Origin: the human T2T-CHM13v2.0 reference genome, Homo sapiens
Strand: one strand, 5' to 3'
Length of the DNA stretch: 64,000 nt
Assembly (NCBI RefSeq): GCF_009914755.1
Contig: NC_060928.1
The notes under the pieces were generated by a model. It saw only the letters and a program-made list of their open reading frames with translations. It searched no databases and was not told the DNA's origin. Position numbers and translations under genes: made by a program. This document shows, piece after piece, positions 44,724 through 59,554 of the stretch (position 1 is its first letter; each line of letters starts with the position of its first letter).

Positions 44724-45662
44724 AAGGTATCAAGTATGTTTTAGTTTAAAACTTTTAATGTATTTGTATATAATTTTTATGAACCCTTTTTTACCATCCT
44801 TCCAGTGTAACTCATTGGTTGCGAGGAGTGAAAGGTCTACCCATAATTGTGAAAACACAGAGGTGATACTCTCTACATTTGTCAGGAAAGAGCAAAGAAG
44901 AACTGGAAAATAATTTTATTTTTGATGTATTTTTTCCAAAACAAAGGTGCTTGTATATAAAACCTAGAGTGGGGAAACAAATCTAATACTCCATATCTTG
45001 TCCATTCTCAATCACATAAACTATTTTAAACAGTATACTTAGAGAATCCAAGCTGCTACTGAAGATGAAGGGAATACTTAGGAAATTTAGAATCCTAATA
45101 ATTTATCAGGGATTGCTCTTTGATACTGTAGATGTCCAAATAGTTAGTAAATTATAGTTAATAGCAAAACAATTATATGTAATTTCATAGGACATCTGAT
45201 GTCTTTAACTGGCATACCTAGTTTTTAGTTTATTTGTTTATTTAAATATTACAATAGGTCTGCTCCTATGTCTACATAATGGTAACACCTTCTAGTAAAA
45301 ATAAACAGAAGAAGCATTTAATTAGAAAAATGCTTATTTAGTGAGCAAAATGGTAATAGTGCCCAATCTGATAATGTTTACAGGCTACAGAGGGAGCTAA
45401 AAATTAAAAATAATTATAGATAAATTATAATTTTAATATTGCTCTAAGGTCAATTCAAGCGTCCAGTTAACTATCTACACTACAATTAATTTAGATATTT
45501 AAGGTATTACTAATTATGTGATTTGAGTTTAGGAATGTCTCATTTTTATCATATCTAAGATAGAAAATAGTAAAGGAAAATAACAAAAGTGCCCAACTTT
45601 CTTAAATACACTATTATACAGCATTAACTTTAACTTTGCATTTATAAATGGTGAAAGAAATC

Positions 45663-45975
<313 letters not shown>

Positions 45976-46564
45976 CTAACTGTGACAAATAATTGAAAAT
46001 AACATTAAATGTCTTGTATTTAGTGCCCTGCAACTTAGGCAAATCTAAATATTTCCACTGTAACTGATTTACACTTTTGTCATTAATGTAAAATTTTTAA
46101 AGACACTCAACCTTTTAAATTAAAAACTTATTTAATATAGCTAACTTGTATAAATATTCAAAATGTTAAGATTTTTTTTAGTACAATTAAAATTAAACTT
46201 AGGAGAACATATAATTAACATTGTATCCTTTAGAAACAAATATGGATTCTTTTTAATTGCATGTAGTTAGATGCTTTTGTGTCGTCGAGATTAAAATGAA
46301 GAAGACTGAGAGAAAAAATGAGAAAAAAGTAAGAGAAAGAAAGAGGTGATTATTTAATTAATTATTTTTTCATTGTATACATTATCCAGGTATTTTTAAT
46401 TTAAATTAATAAATCTTACTTTTTAGAGCAACTTTAGGTTTACAAAAAAATTGAGCAGAAGATACATTAAGCTGAAATTGTGACTCAATTATTTCTATTG
46501 GCATTTTAGCTACATTTCTTTAAAAATTTTCCAGTAAAATTCACTTAAACTGCATGCAACTAAG

Positions 46565-47055
46565 TTTAGTGTCATGGTAAAGATGTAATTCTATGAAGCC
46601 AGATTGTTGATTGAGAATTTTAACTTTGCTAATTTCCAGCAATCAACATTTAATACATTATTTACCTTCTCCATGCCATAGTTTCTTCACTTCTTGAGGG
46701 GGATTTTATTAACTTCTACCTCATTGGTTTATTGTGGAGTTGGATAAATCACAATTCCCTAAGTTCTTACAGCAGTATCTGGCTTATAGTAATTATATAA
46801 TAAATGCTAACATTTTAAAACAATAAAGTGTGGTTAAGAGTGAAGCTTTTGAACCGAAGTCTTTGTTTTCACATCTAATTCTGTCATTGTATATTCTTAG
46901 CAGATATACTTCATTTTTCTGCAGTTTTGTTTCCTGATATAGAAAATAAAAATAGTGGTAGTATCTATCTTAAATGTTCACCAATTGACTAAATAATTGG
47001 CGCATGTAAAGCACTTAGCAGAGGGTCCAGAACATAGCAAGTATTTGTTACTGTT
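46565..47055 (+). mobile_element. Two tandem MIR fragments
   Basis: ttatttaccttctccatgccatagtttcttc...tctacctcattgg; gtggttaagag...catgtaaagcacttagcagag. Confidence 0.65.
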
Positions 47056-47739
47056 GTAAAAGTGAAAGCTCCTCCTTCACGTAGTATTCACATTTCAAGT
47101 ACAAATGTACTTGAAGTATGCTTAAAATATAGGTCGATTCATTTTATTTCTTGTGTTTCTAAATGTGGCACCAGTTGTAAATTTATTAAATCTGTATCTT
47201 TCTTAATTTTGAATTTTTATCATTTTTAAAATTTTTATAACTTTACAGATACATGTTCACAAGCATTACAGTTCACAAGTACAATAGCTCTAAAATATAT
47301 TATAATTTTGTATATTTCTGGTTTGTAAAAGTAACTAGTAAAACTCAGCTACATTATTTCACACTCTTTTATTTAATAAAACACTTTTACCAGGATTATT
47401 TCAGAAAATAACCTCTATGGCTAAAAAGTAAGCAAAATTAATCCATTTCACTAGTTTAATTCTTCTTTAAAGATGTAAAAATTAAATTATTTTGGCAATA
47501 TGTCTTTAGTGTTTATAATGTTTTAGGTAGTCCTCTGATACTGGATGTTAGTGATCTGTATATGAAAATTGTAAGCATGCTTACTTTTCTGATGCAGTTT
47601 TCCATCTAGACATACAGATGCAGAAGAAAAAGGATACAAAGACAAGTGAAATGCTGAAATTGGTTGTTTGGAGAAAAAAATACTTAAATATATGTGTGAT
47701 AGTAAAGCAAAAATAAGGTGATATGATAGAGTAACCAAA

Positions 47740-48010
47740 AACAACTGTAATATTAAGCACTTTGCACATGTCAGGAATTATAATAAATCCTTAATTATAT
47801 AGTTTAATATTTATAGCCTTTATATCTTTTTAAATTAGTCAAAGTGCTATGCTAAGTATTAGTTCATTTGAGCCTCAAAATCATTCTATGGAATAAATTA
47901 AGCAGACTTTTTTTTTTTTTTACAAATATGGAGACTTGGATGTACAGTGACCACATGCCTTGCCAATGACAATGATTAGGAAGAAAAATAAACAATGCTT
48001 AAACCCTTTT
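47740..48010 (-). mobile_element. MIR fragment
   Basis: attagttcatttgagcctcaaaatcattctatgg...tttacaaatatggagactt. Confidence 0.55.
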
Positions 48011-49705
48011 CTCAAAAAGTTATTATTTCTTCCTGTTTTGGGGCCATCAGCCTAATTTGTTAGCTCAGTTTCTTAACATTTGAAGTACTGTGTCAGAGCT
48101 CTAATTGTGCCCTTTTCCACTATATTTGCTATTTCTTCAGAATTGTTAGGAATCTCATAGTTCTAATCATACCAAATCACAAAAACCATAATATCAGGTT
48201 TTTAAAATAGGCTCTTGCATATAAAATTTAACATTTATATATAATACAAAAAGATAAAGTGCCCCTAATTTTAATTTTCCACAATTTTCAAATTAATCGA
48301 TTTGAATTATATTGCTCAGTTACCCCCTCACTGCCTTTGACATGCTGTCCTTTTCACTAGGAATGTAGAGCTCTAAGTCGCACCTTTACTGTTGAGCTAT
48401 GTAATTTCCCACAAAACTCGAAATGCCAAAAAGCGTTCCGTTTACCACTCATTCATTCATTCAACAATTATGCAACTTTTAGCTTTTATTTGAATCACAT
48501 AATGTTCAACAAACTTACACTATCAAACTACACCTACATTGACAGAATATTTCATAAATATATATAACATTATTCTATTGCTTTTCACTTGTTTTACATT
48601 AGTATATTATAACTAATTGTAACTACACTGTCATTTTGAATCTTCTGTTCAGAAGAACATTACAGATAGGGTGAATAGAAGTAATCCATCAATTTTGAAT
48701 GAAATACTTAAGGTAAAACTTGTACGAATCAAATGAGTACAAAAAATAGTTTCAGGGTTTTATCAGAAAGTATGATATATCTGAGTTTTCACTCTGCTTG
48801 CAAAAAAACAAGTCAGCCTTCCACAGTTTCACAGATTCTGACAAAAAATATGAAACCTAGATTAGAGACAAAGAATGTTACCATTCTCAGCAAAGCAGGC
48901 AGCTTTGTCACAGGATCCTTAGGGTGTCGCTTCTCCAGCCAGAAACCTCTGTGGCCAATAGCATATTTGCCTGAGTTTTGCTCGGGCCCATGGGTTTGTT
49001 CACTCAGTCTCCACAGCAGGTTTTGCTTGGCCCACACTACTGGCCCAGATCCCATACCTGCCAAGGGCGTGCCAGGCACAGAGTGGCAAGAGGTGTGTTA
49101 GTAAGCGTGGGATTTGACCTCTGCACAAAGCCAAGTGTGCCACCTGAGACGGGGCAGGCAGCTCCAGGTGTCAGCCCTTGTGCCAGCTCTGTGTGAGGCT
49201 ACAGCTGAACCAGGTGTACTGTAAACAGCTTCCACTGTGGGCACCAGGGAATGCAGTGGTACCCAGAAGCTTGGAGATGCCAGGAGCTGCAGAGCCCCAA
49301 AGAGGGTGTCACAGCCCTGGCTCAGGGAGCCCTTAGGTCTGGGCTCCCTGAAGGGCCACAGCTCTTCTCTCCTTCTTGTGAGCTCTTCTCTTCTCACCAC
49401 AATGTGGCGAGCGAGGGGTGTGTTTCAGTCCTATTTGTGTTAAACCTCTTTCAGTCCCACCTTTTGGTGGGACCTGAGTTCTTGTCCCATGTCGGGGAAG
49501 AATGAGGTATGTGGACAACTGGAGGGTGAGCAAAGCAGAGAGGAGCTCCACTGAGTGACAGAACAGCTCTCAGGAGACCTGAAGTGGATAGCTTCTTTCT
49601 GCAGGCAGGTCGGCCAGGGGAGTGTCCAGCTCTCAGTGAAGAGAAGACTCGTAGTGGGTAGCTCCTTCCTGCAGCAGGTAGTCCCAATGTCTGTGTGAAT
49701 CTGGC

Positions 49706-52088
49706 TGATACGGTTTCACTGTGTCCCCACCCAAATCTCATCTTGAATTGTAACTCCCACAATTCCCACCTATTGTGGGAGAAACTCCGTGGGAAGTGAT
49801 TGAATCATGTGGGCAGGTATTTCCTGCACTGCTCTTGTGATAGGGAATGAGTCTCATGAGATCTGATGGTTTTAAAAATGGGAGTTTACCTGCACAAGCT
49901 CTCTTCCCTTGTCTGCCACCATGTGAGACATGTTTCATCTTCCATTATGATTGTGGAGCTCCCCAGCCATGTGGCACTGTGAGTCCAATAAACCTCTTTC
50001 TTTTGTAAATTGCCCAGTCTCAGGTATGTCTTTATCAGCAGCGTGAAAATGGTCTAATGCAGTAAATTGGTACCAGGAGTAGCATGCTGCTGAAAACATA
50101 CCTGAAAATGCGGAAGCAACTTTGGAATTGGGTAGCAGGCCAAGTTGGAACAGTTTGGGGGGGCTTGGAAAAAGATGGGAAAATGTAGGAAGGTTTGGAA
50201 CTCCCTAGAGATTTGTTTAGTGGCTTTGACCGAAATGCTGATAGTGATATATGATGAAACCCAGGATGAGGTGGTCTCAGATGAAGATGAATAACTTGTT
50301 GGAAACTTGAGTAAAGGTGAGTCTGATATGTTTTAACAAAGAGACTGGCATTATTTTGCCCCTGCTCTAGAGATCTGTGAAACTTTGAACTTGAGGGAGA
50401 TGATTTAGGGTATCTGGTAGAAGAAATTTTTAAGCAACGAAACATTCAAGTGGTGGCTTGAGTGCTGTTAAAAGCATTCAGTTTTGTAAGGGAAGCAGAG
50501 CATAAAAGTCCAAAAAATTTGCAGCCTGACAATGTAATAGAAAAAGAAAAACCCATTTTCTGAGGAGAAATTCAAGCCAGCTGCAGAAAATTGCTTAAGT
50601 AACAAGGAGCTGAATGTGAATCCCCAAGACAATGGGGAAAATGTCTCCAGGGCATGTCAGAGGTTTTCACGGCAATCCCTCCCATCACAGACCTACAGGC
50701 CTAGGAGAAAATGGTTTTGTGGGCCGGGCTGAGGGTCCCCGTGCTGTGTGCAGCCTAGGGACTTGGTGACCTGTGTCCCAGCCACTCCAGCCATGGCTGA
50801 ATGGGGCCAAGGTAGAGATCGAGCCATGGCTTCAGAGGGTGGAAGCCCCAAGCCTTGGCAGCGTCCATGTGTTGTTGAGCTTGCAGGTGCACAGAAGTGA
50901 AGAATTGAGGTTTGTGTCTAGGCACACTGGCTCATTCCTGTAATCCCAGCACTTTGGGAGGCCAAGGCAGGTGAATCACCTGAAGCCAAGAGTTCAAGAC
51001 CAGCCTAGCCAACATGGGGAAACCACACCTAGATTTCAGAAGATGTATGAAAATGTCTGGATGCCCAGGCAGAAGTTTGCTGCAGGAGCAGGGCACTCAT
51101 GGAGAACTTTTGCTAGGGCAGTGAGGAAGGGAAATGTGGGAATGGTGTCAGAGTAATAGAGTCACTACTGGGGCATTGCCTAGTGGAGCTGTGAGAAGAG
51201 GGCCACCATCCCCCAGACCCAAGAATGGTAGATCCACCAATGGCTTGCACCATGTGCCTGGAAAAGCCACAGACTCTCAATGCCAGCCAGCCTGTGAAAG
51301 TAGATGGGAGGGAGGCTGTACCCTGCAAAGCCAAGCTGCCCAAGACCATGGAAACCCATCCCTTGCATCAGTGTGAACTGGATTTGAGACATGGAGTCAG
51401 AGGACAATATTTCGGAGCTTTAAGATTTAACTGCTCTGCTGGATTTCAGATTTGCATGGGGCCCATAGTCCTTTTGTTTTGGTCAATTTCTCCCATTTGG
51501 AATGGCTGTATTTACCTGATGCCTGTACCCCATTGTATCTAAGAAGTAGCCAACTTGCTTTTAATTTTACAGGCTCATAGGCGGAAGGGACTTGCCTTGT
51601 CTTAGATGAGACACTGGACTGTGGACTTTCGAGTTAATGCTGAAATGAGTTAAGATTTTGGGGGACTGTTGGGAAGGCAGGATTGATTTTGAAGTGTGAG
51701 GACATGAGATTTGGGAATGGCCAGGGGTGGAATGATTTGATTTGTCTGTGTCTCTGCCCAAATCTCATCTTGAGTTGTAACTCCCACAATTCCCACCTGT
51801 TGTGGGAGGAACATGGTGGGAGGTGATTGAATCATGAGACGGGTCTTTCCTGTGCTGTTCTTGTGATAGTGAATGAGTCTCATGAGATACAATGGTTTCA
51901 AAAATGAGAGTTTTCCTGCACAAGCTCTTGTCTCTTGTCTGCCACCATGTGAGGCATGTTTTCACCTTCCATCATGACTGTGAGGCCTCCCAGCCAAGTG
52001 GCACTGTGAGTCCAATAAACCTCTTTGTTTTGCATATTGCCCAGCCTCGGATATGTCTTTATCAGCAGCATGAAAATGGACTAATACA
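49706..52088 (+). mobile_element. Full-length THE1A-like MaLR: LTR 49706-50061, internal 50062-51732, LTR 51733-52088
   Basis: Two ~356-bp direct LTRs (ccaaatctcatcttga...ctaat(g/a)ca); internal starts gtaaattggtaccag and ends ggccaggggtggaa; 5-bp flanks ctggc/atggc. Confidence 0.95.
50916..51024 (+). mobile_element. Tail-less Alu left-arm fragment within the THE1 internal region
   Basis: ggctcattcctgtaatcccagcactttgggaggccaaggc...cagcctagccaacatggggaaacc, then THE1 resumes. Confidence 0.88.
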
Positions 52089-53315
52089 ATGGCTGAGTCC
52101 AGGGTATTTATGGACTCAGAAGGGAGGAAGTAAATGCTGATTGGTTCATGAATGTGGACTTCACCTGAAACTGGCAGCCTGGCCGCCAGTCTTCAGGTCT
52201 TCCCTGGCTTGAAGTTGGGGCTTCACTGGGTATCCACTCCTTTCTGCCCAGGAACCTGTCTGCCTCCTGTCACCATCATGGTGTCCAGGTTGTCCCTGCT
52301 GAGGGATGCATGCAGGCCCAAACTAAGCCACCTTCAGCTCCACCGTGGCCTCCTTCCCACACTCATCAGTGCCCAAAGTCTGAAGGGGGCCACGGCAGGA
52401 GGGAGGTGAGCTGGCAAATCAGCACCACCCTGAGTGCATGCACAAACAGCCAGGTTGCAACAGCCCCTGCGATCAGCTCCACCTTTGCTACAAAATTAGA
52501 GCAGGCACCAGGAGTGGGGAAAGGCCAGCTAGCAGGAGAGGACACTTCTGAGCCTGTAGGGACAGGGGGTGGTTCCCTGGCTCCTGAGAGCACAGAGATG
52601 CCCAGATCTGGAACCTTGGTGAGGTGTCTGAAGCTGTGATTGGGAATGTGGAGTTCCTGCCCTGCCAGCTCAGTAGGGGGTGGGACTCCTGCCTGTTCCC
52701 AGTTCCACTGGCTCCATGGGGTGCACAGCCCTGGTGGCACCTCCTTTGCTGCCAATGCCATCACTGCAGTGGCTGCTGCAGATGGGCAGCCACCACCATC
52801 AGCTTAAGCTTAATGTCCACATTCGTCCTACTGGTCCCCCACATTTAATGAGGGCAATAAAAAGATGGGTGTATGGGGATGCTTCACACACAGGTTTTTA
52901 TCAAAACTGAAGAGTTCCAAGTTTGGAAGACCATCAGTCTTCCAAGGTGGCTGATAACCAAACTTCCCAAACTTTCTCTCAAAAGTTAATATAGACATGA
53001 TCTATAAAGTTATTATAGACATTACATAGATAATGTAGACATTATGAATATTGTTCTGGTAATGAAACAAATCTGCATGAGGAGTTACTATTTGTATCTT
53101 CCAAGACCATTGATATACATGGTCCTTGAAAAGAGAGTCTGGAACAAAATTTATAAATAATTAACTCTTCAGAAGACATTCAGAAACAAAAGAAACAAAA
53201 GAGACTCACAAAGGATTATCTCCCAATGTGTAAGTCTAACAGTCAAACAATATTTTGTATCAGAACAGCTTTAGTCAACTCATTGTATTTCCATGTCACA
53301 AATGCTTGTTTTAAT

Positions 53316-53597
53316 TTTTTTTTTTTTTTTTTTTTGAGACAGAGTCTTGTTCTGTCACTCAGGATGGAGTGCAGGGGCACAATCTTGGCTCACTGCAACC
53401 TCTGCCTCCTAGGTTCAAGCAATTCTTATGTCTCAGTCTCCTGAGTAGCTGGGATTACAAGTGTGTGCCAACACGCTCAGTTAATTTTTTGTATTTTTTT
53501 CTGGAGATGGAGTTTTGCCATGTTCGCCAGGCTGGTCTCAAACTCTGGGCCTCAAGTGATCCACCCGCCTCAACCTCCTAAAGTAATGGGATTACAG
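53316..53597 (-). mobile_element. Alu (J/S-type), slightly 5'-truncated
   Basis: TSD ttgttttaat at 53306-53315 and 53598-53607. Confidence 0.93.
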
Positions 53598-53827
53598 TTG
53601 TTTTAATATTTTTGAAAGTCAAATTGACTTTTCTAAGTATATGAACAGAAAATAAGAAATTAACTCCTGAAAAAAGGACAAAATAGAAGTTTTTTTAATG
53701 AAGTAGACAAACCGTGTTTCTCTATTTATAATATAAACCACTAACAACTTTCATTTAAAACTTACATTTAAATTATTATAAAACAATATTAATGTATTAT
53801 AAAATACTAGTAATTCATTAGGTATGA

Positions 53828-54136
<309 letters not shown>

Positions 54137-54158
54137 TAACACTGGTACTACAGTATGA

Positions 54159-54607
<449 letters not shown>

Positions 54608-55367
54608 TTAAAATTAACTTTTCATAATTGTACTTCTATTCATTCTACAATGTTTAGTTCAGATAATATGAAAAGTTTCAATGTTTTTCAATATCTGTTA
54701 ATGTGAGTTTACTTTGCATGATAGTGTTGATGAATACGGCTTTGAAATGTTGACACTTCCTGTGGAAAGAAACGAGACAATAAGATAAAACACTAAACAA
54801 CAGCTATGAAATTAGCTAAGCCAGTGGTTCTTAACATGTTTTAATGATTAATAAAACAGAATTTCCACTCTCAAAATTCAGTGATAGGTACTTTCTATTT
54901 CTCAAAGTATTTCTTTATAAAGTTCATTTAAAAGATTGGTTTTATACTAGAGTATGGGTGCTGTGGACTATTATTTTCACAATAAAAAGTTCATTTGAAA
55001 ACAATTCACTACTTGACCCTATATTAAAATATCCTCAATAATTCAGAAATATTTTTTATAAGTATAAATCCATTTATGTTATTAGGGAGGAAACTACATT
55101 TGGGCACATATTATTTTAAGTGTGACTGGATATTTCAGGGGTAAATGTTTCTTATTGAAAACTGACTTGTGTTTACCGAAGATCTTTAGTATATCAGAGA
55201 ATTGTCTTACTTACTGCCTAAGAGTAGAGATAATGTGCTTAGCTCCTAAGAATTTGTGATTTTTTAAAAATTTATTTTCTTTTAACATCATTAAGAAACA
55301 AATGGAGTTTTACTAAGAGGCAAAAATGTGTAAAATATTTAAACATATTAGCAAATATGACACTGAA

Positions 55368-55595
55368 GCCAGGCTCAGTGGCATGCACCTGGAATCCCAG
55401 CTACCAGGGAGGCTGAGGCAGGAAGATGACTTGAGACCTGAAGTCTTAAGACCAGAGACCAGCCTGGGCAACCAAGTGAGACCCCATCTATCAAATATAT
55501 GTATATGTATATGTATATATATATGAATATGTACATATATGAATATGTATATATGTATATATTATATATATTATATTGATAAATATAAATAAACT
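55368..55595 (+). mobile_element. FLAM monomer followed by a (TA)-rich decayed tail
   Basis: gccaggctcagtggcatgcacctggaatcccagctacc...cagcctgggcaaccaagtgagacccc. Confidence 0.8.
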
Positions 55596-57120
55596 TCATA
55601 ATGTGCTATCAATAGTTATATGACTTTAAAAACTACCTTGGCTTTTCAAATCTGTATTTCTAAATCCATTTTATTAATAAAATGTTTGGGAATTTGCTGT
55701 ATTAAAGAAAATTGTATAGTTCTTAATGAATATACATATATATTTCAATATAGTATCTGACATTATTACTGGGGGTGCAAACATTTTGAGTGTTTTTTGC
55801 AGAGCCATCAAGTTTAATTATTCATGAAAAAATTGCTGAACTAACTTACAAAACACATTAGCTGGGGAGTGCAAATTATGTATGTTATGAGCTACACATA
55901 ATTATGTAGGTAACTCTAGCTATGTGTCATACACAGTTGATGTAACATATGTGTCCATTTATCTTGAAATCCCAATTTCTTTATCTGTATTTATTTAATA
56001 GGACTATTCTGAGAATAAAACAAAAAAAAGTATGTAATACCCTTAAAGAATATTTAGTAGACGCTCAAAATTGCTGTTTTTTAAAAATGCTAATTCTTCT
56101 GCTGCTGTTGATGAAGATAGCCCTTGAATTTTTGCTTCTCTTTTATTGGTAGCAAAATTTTATGATCTTGATAACCTAGACACCTTTGTTGATTACTCTA
56201 AATGACAAAATATAGTTGTAGCCCATGAAGAATCAGACAAAAAGAAGTTGTGAATTAAGTTTACTTGCTAAGAGATTAAGAGAGGTATATTGACTTATAT
56301 AATAAACTAAAAATACTTTTTTCCTAACTATAGCCTTGAAAAATGAGAAAAGATGATGATGAAATTTCAGGGTGAACACACCAATAATGAATAACAAGAT
56401 CAAAGCAGTAATAAAAAAGTATCCCATCAAATAAAAGTCGAGGACCTGATGATGGCTCTACAGCTAAATTCTACCAAACCTTTAAAGAAAAATGGAAAGC
56501 AATCTTACTCAAATTATTCCAAAAAATGGAAGAGAAAGGAATACTTTCAAATTCATTATATGAGACCAGCATTACTCTGATATCAAAACCAGACAAGGAC
56601 ACAACAAAAAAAGAAAATGTCAGGAGAATATCTCTGATGAACATAGATGCAAAAATCCAGAACAAAATACTAATAAACTTAATTCAACAATACATAATAA
56701 GGATTATTTACCATGATCAAATGGGATTAATCACAGAGATGCAAGGATGGTTCAACAGAACAACAAATGATCTGCATCAAATTAACTGAATCAGGGATGA
56801 AAACCATATGATCATTTCAATAGATGCTGAAAAGGCATTTTATAAAATTTGGCATTCCTTCGTAATAAAAACTCTCAACAAGCCTGGCAATGAAGGAATG
56901 CTTCACAATACAATAAAGCCATGTATGACAAAGTTGCAGGTAACATTATACTGAATGAGAAAAAAGTTGAAAGCTGTTTCTCTAAGATTTGGAAAATGAG
57001 AAGGATGATCATTTTCAACAGTTTTTTTAAACATACTACTGGAAGTTCTAGCCAGAGCAATCAGGCAAGAGAAAGAAATAAAGGGCATCCAAATCAGAAA
57101 GCAGAATGTCAAATAGTTCC

Positions 57121-57417
57121 TTTTTTTTTTTTTTTTTGAGATGGAGTCTCGCTCTGTTGTCCAGGCTGGAGTGCAGTGGTGCGATCTCAGCTCACTGCAA
57201 GCTCTGCCTCCCGGTTCACGCCATTCTCCTGCCTCAGCCTCCTGAGTAGCTGGGACTACCGGCGCCTGCCACCATGTCCGGCTAATTTTTTGTATTTTTA
57301 GTAGAGATGGGGTTTCATCGTGTTAGCCAGGATGGTCTGGATCTCCTGACTTCGTGATCTGCCCACCTCAGCCTCCCAAAGTGCTGGGATTACAGGCGTG
57401 AGCCACCACGCCCGGCC
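57121..57417 (-). mobile_element. AluY
   Basis: gcaagctc, ttcacgccattctcc, tgttagccagg; agttc on both flanks. Confidence 0.95.
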
Positions 57418-59038
57418 AGTTCTTATTTTTAGGTGACATGATTTTATGATTATACATATATATATAACCTTAAAGGTTGCACCAAAAAACAGTTAAAACT
57501 AATAAAATAATTTAGTAAAATTGCAATATACAAAATCAATATATAAAAGTCAGTAGTGTTCCTATACATCCACGATGAACAATCTAAAAAAAAAAAACAA
57601 AAAAGCAATTCTATTTACAATAGCCACCAAAAAAAAAAATGGGAGTAAACTTAACCAAGGAGGTGAGAGATATCTATGATGAAAACTATAAAACATTGAT
57701 GAAAGAAATTGAAAAGGACACAGTTATTTGTGTTCCTTTCATTTATATGGAAAGATATCTCTTGTTTATGGATTGAAAGAAATAATATTGTTAAAAGGTC
57801 CATATTATCCAAAGTTATCTGCAGATTCAATGCAATCTCTGTCAAAATATTGATGCCATTATTTACAGAAATAGAAAAAACAGTTCCAAAATTTGTATGA
57901 AAATGCAAAACCGTGAATAGCCAAAGCTATCTTGAGCAAACTAAACAAAGCTGGAGGCATCACATTGCATTACTTCAAAATACGCAACAAAGCTATAGTA
58001 GCCAAAATTGTACTGACGTAAAAGCAGACACATATACCAATAAAACAGAATGGAAACCCAGAAATAAATTCATTTATATAGCCAACTAATTATTGTCATA
58101 TGCTCCATGAACACACATTGGTGAAAAGACAGTGTCTTCAATTAATGATGCTGAGAAAATGAGTATCTACATACAGGAAAGTAAATCCAGACCCCTATCT
58201 CTTATCATACACAAAAATAAACTCTAAATGAATTAATGATTTTAATGCAAGATCTAATGCTATAAAACTACTAGAAGGAAACATAAGGGAAATACTTCAT
58301 GAAATTGAAGTGGGCAAGCATTTTTTGAATAAGACCTCAAAAATGCAGGAAACAAAATAAAAAATTATATTACATAAGCTAAAAAGATCCTGCAGAATAA
58401 AGAAAACAATTACTAAAGTGAGACAACTTGCCAAATGAGAGAAAATATATTCAAATATTCATCTGACAAGGAGTTAATACACAGACTATATAAGGAACTC
58501 AATGAGCTCAAAGCAGAAAAAAATCCAGTTAAAAATGAGCAAAATACCTGAATAAACATTTCTTTAAAGAAGACATACAAATAACCTGCAGATATATGAA
58601 AAATGGTCAACATCACGAATCATCAGAGAAATGTAAATCAACAACACAGTCAGGTATCACTTCACCTCATTTAGAATGGCTATTATAAAAAAAGACAAAA
58701 AATAACAAAAATGTTGGCCAGTATGTGGAAAAAGGGGAGCTCTTACACACTGCTTGTAGGAATATAAATTATTTTGTATTGTGAAAACAGTATGGAAACC
58801 TCGAAAACGTCAGTATCCATTCCTTTAAGTTTGGACTCTTTAATTCCTCAAAAAATTAAAAACAGAACTACCGCATAATCTAACCATCGTATTTCTGGGT
58901 AAGCATTCAAAAGAAATGAAATCAGTATGTGGAAGAGACATGTGCACACTCATGTTTATTGCAGCACTGTTCACAATAGCCAAGATATGGAATCAACTTA
59001 AATACCCATTGACAGGTGAATGAATAAAGAAAATGTGG

Positions 59039-59041
<3 letters not shown>

Positions 59042-59072
<31 letters not shown>
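59042..59072. repeat. (CA)n microsatellite inside L1
   Basis: Direct reading. Confidence 0.95.
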
Positions 59073-59074
<2 letters not shown>

Positions 59075-59257
59075 GGAATACGATTCAGCCATAAAAGAGA
59101 ATGAACTCCTGTCATTTGTGGCAACATAGATGGATCTGGAAGACATTTTTAAGTGAAATAACATAATTGTCACTTAACAGGCATAGAAAGACAAACATTG
59201 CATGATCTCACTCATACGTGAAATCTAAAAATGTTGATCTCATAAAAGTAGAGTAGA

Positions 59258-59554
59258 GGCTGGGCGTGGTGGCTCACGCCTGTAATCCCAGCACTTTGGG
59301 AAGCCGAGATGGGCAGATCACGAGGTCAGGAGATCAAGACCGTCCTGGCTAACACTGTGAAACCCCATCTCTACTAAAAATACAAAAAATTAGCCGGGCG
59401 TGGTGGCGGGCGCCTATAGTCCCAGCTACTCAGGAGGCTGAGGCAGGAGAATGGCGTGAACCCGGGAAGTGGAGCTTGCAGTGAGCAGAGATTGCGCCAC
59501 TTCACTCTGGCTTGGGGGACAGAGCGAGACTCCCTCTCAAAAAAAAAAAAAAAA
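59258..59554 (+). mobile_element. AluY
   Basis: gatcacgaggtcaggagatc, ggagaatggcgtgaacc, gagcttgcag; A-tail. Confidence 0.95.

Larger units (their letters stand above)
48906..52801 (-). mobile_element. MER52 solo LTR interrupted by THE1
   Basis: tgtcacaggatcc...ccaccatca; perfect 4-bp TSD gctt (48902-48905, 52802-52805). Confidence 0.9.

Noticed and set aside
58807-58832. Resemblance to the conserved SSU rRNA antisense motif ccgtcaattcctttaagttt
   Set aside because: Only a 14-nt AT-rich match with an interruption and no flanking rRNA similarity
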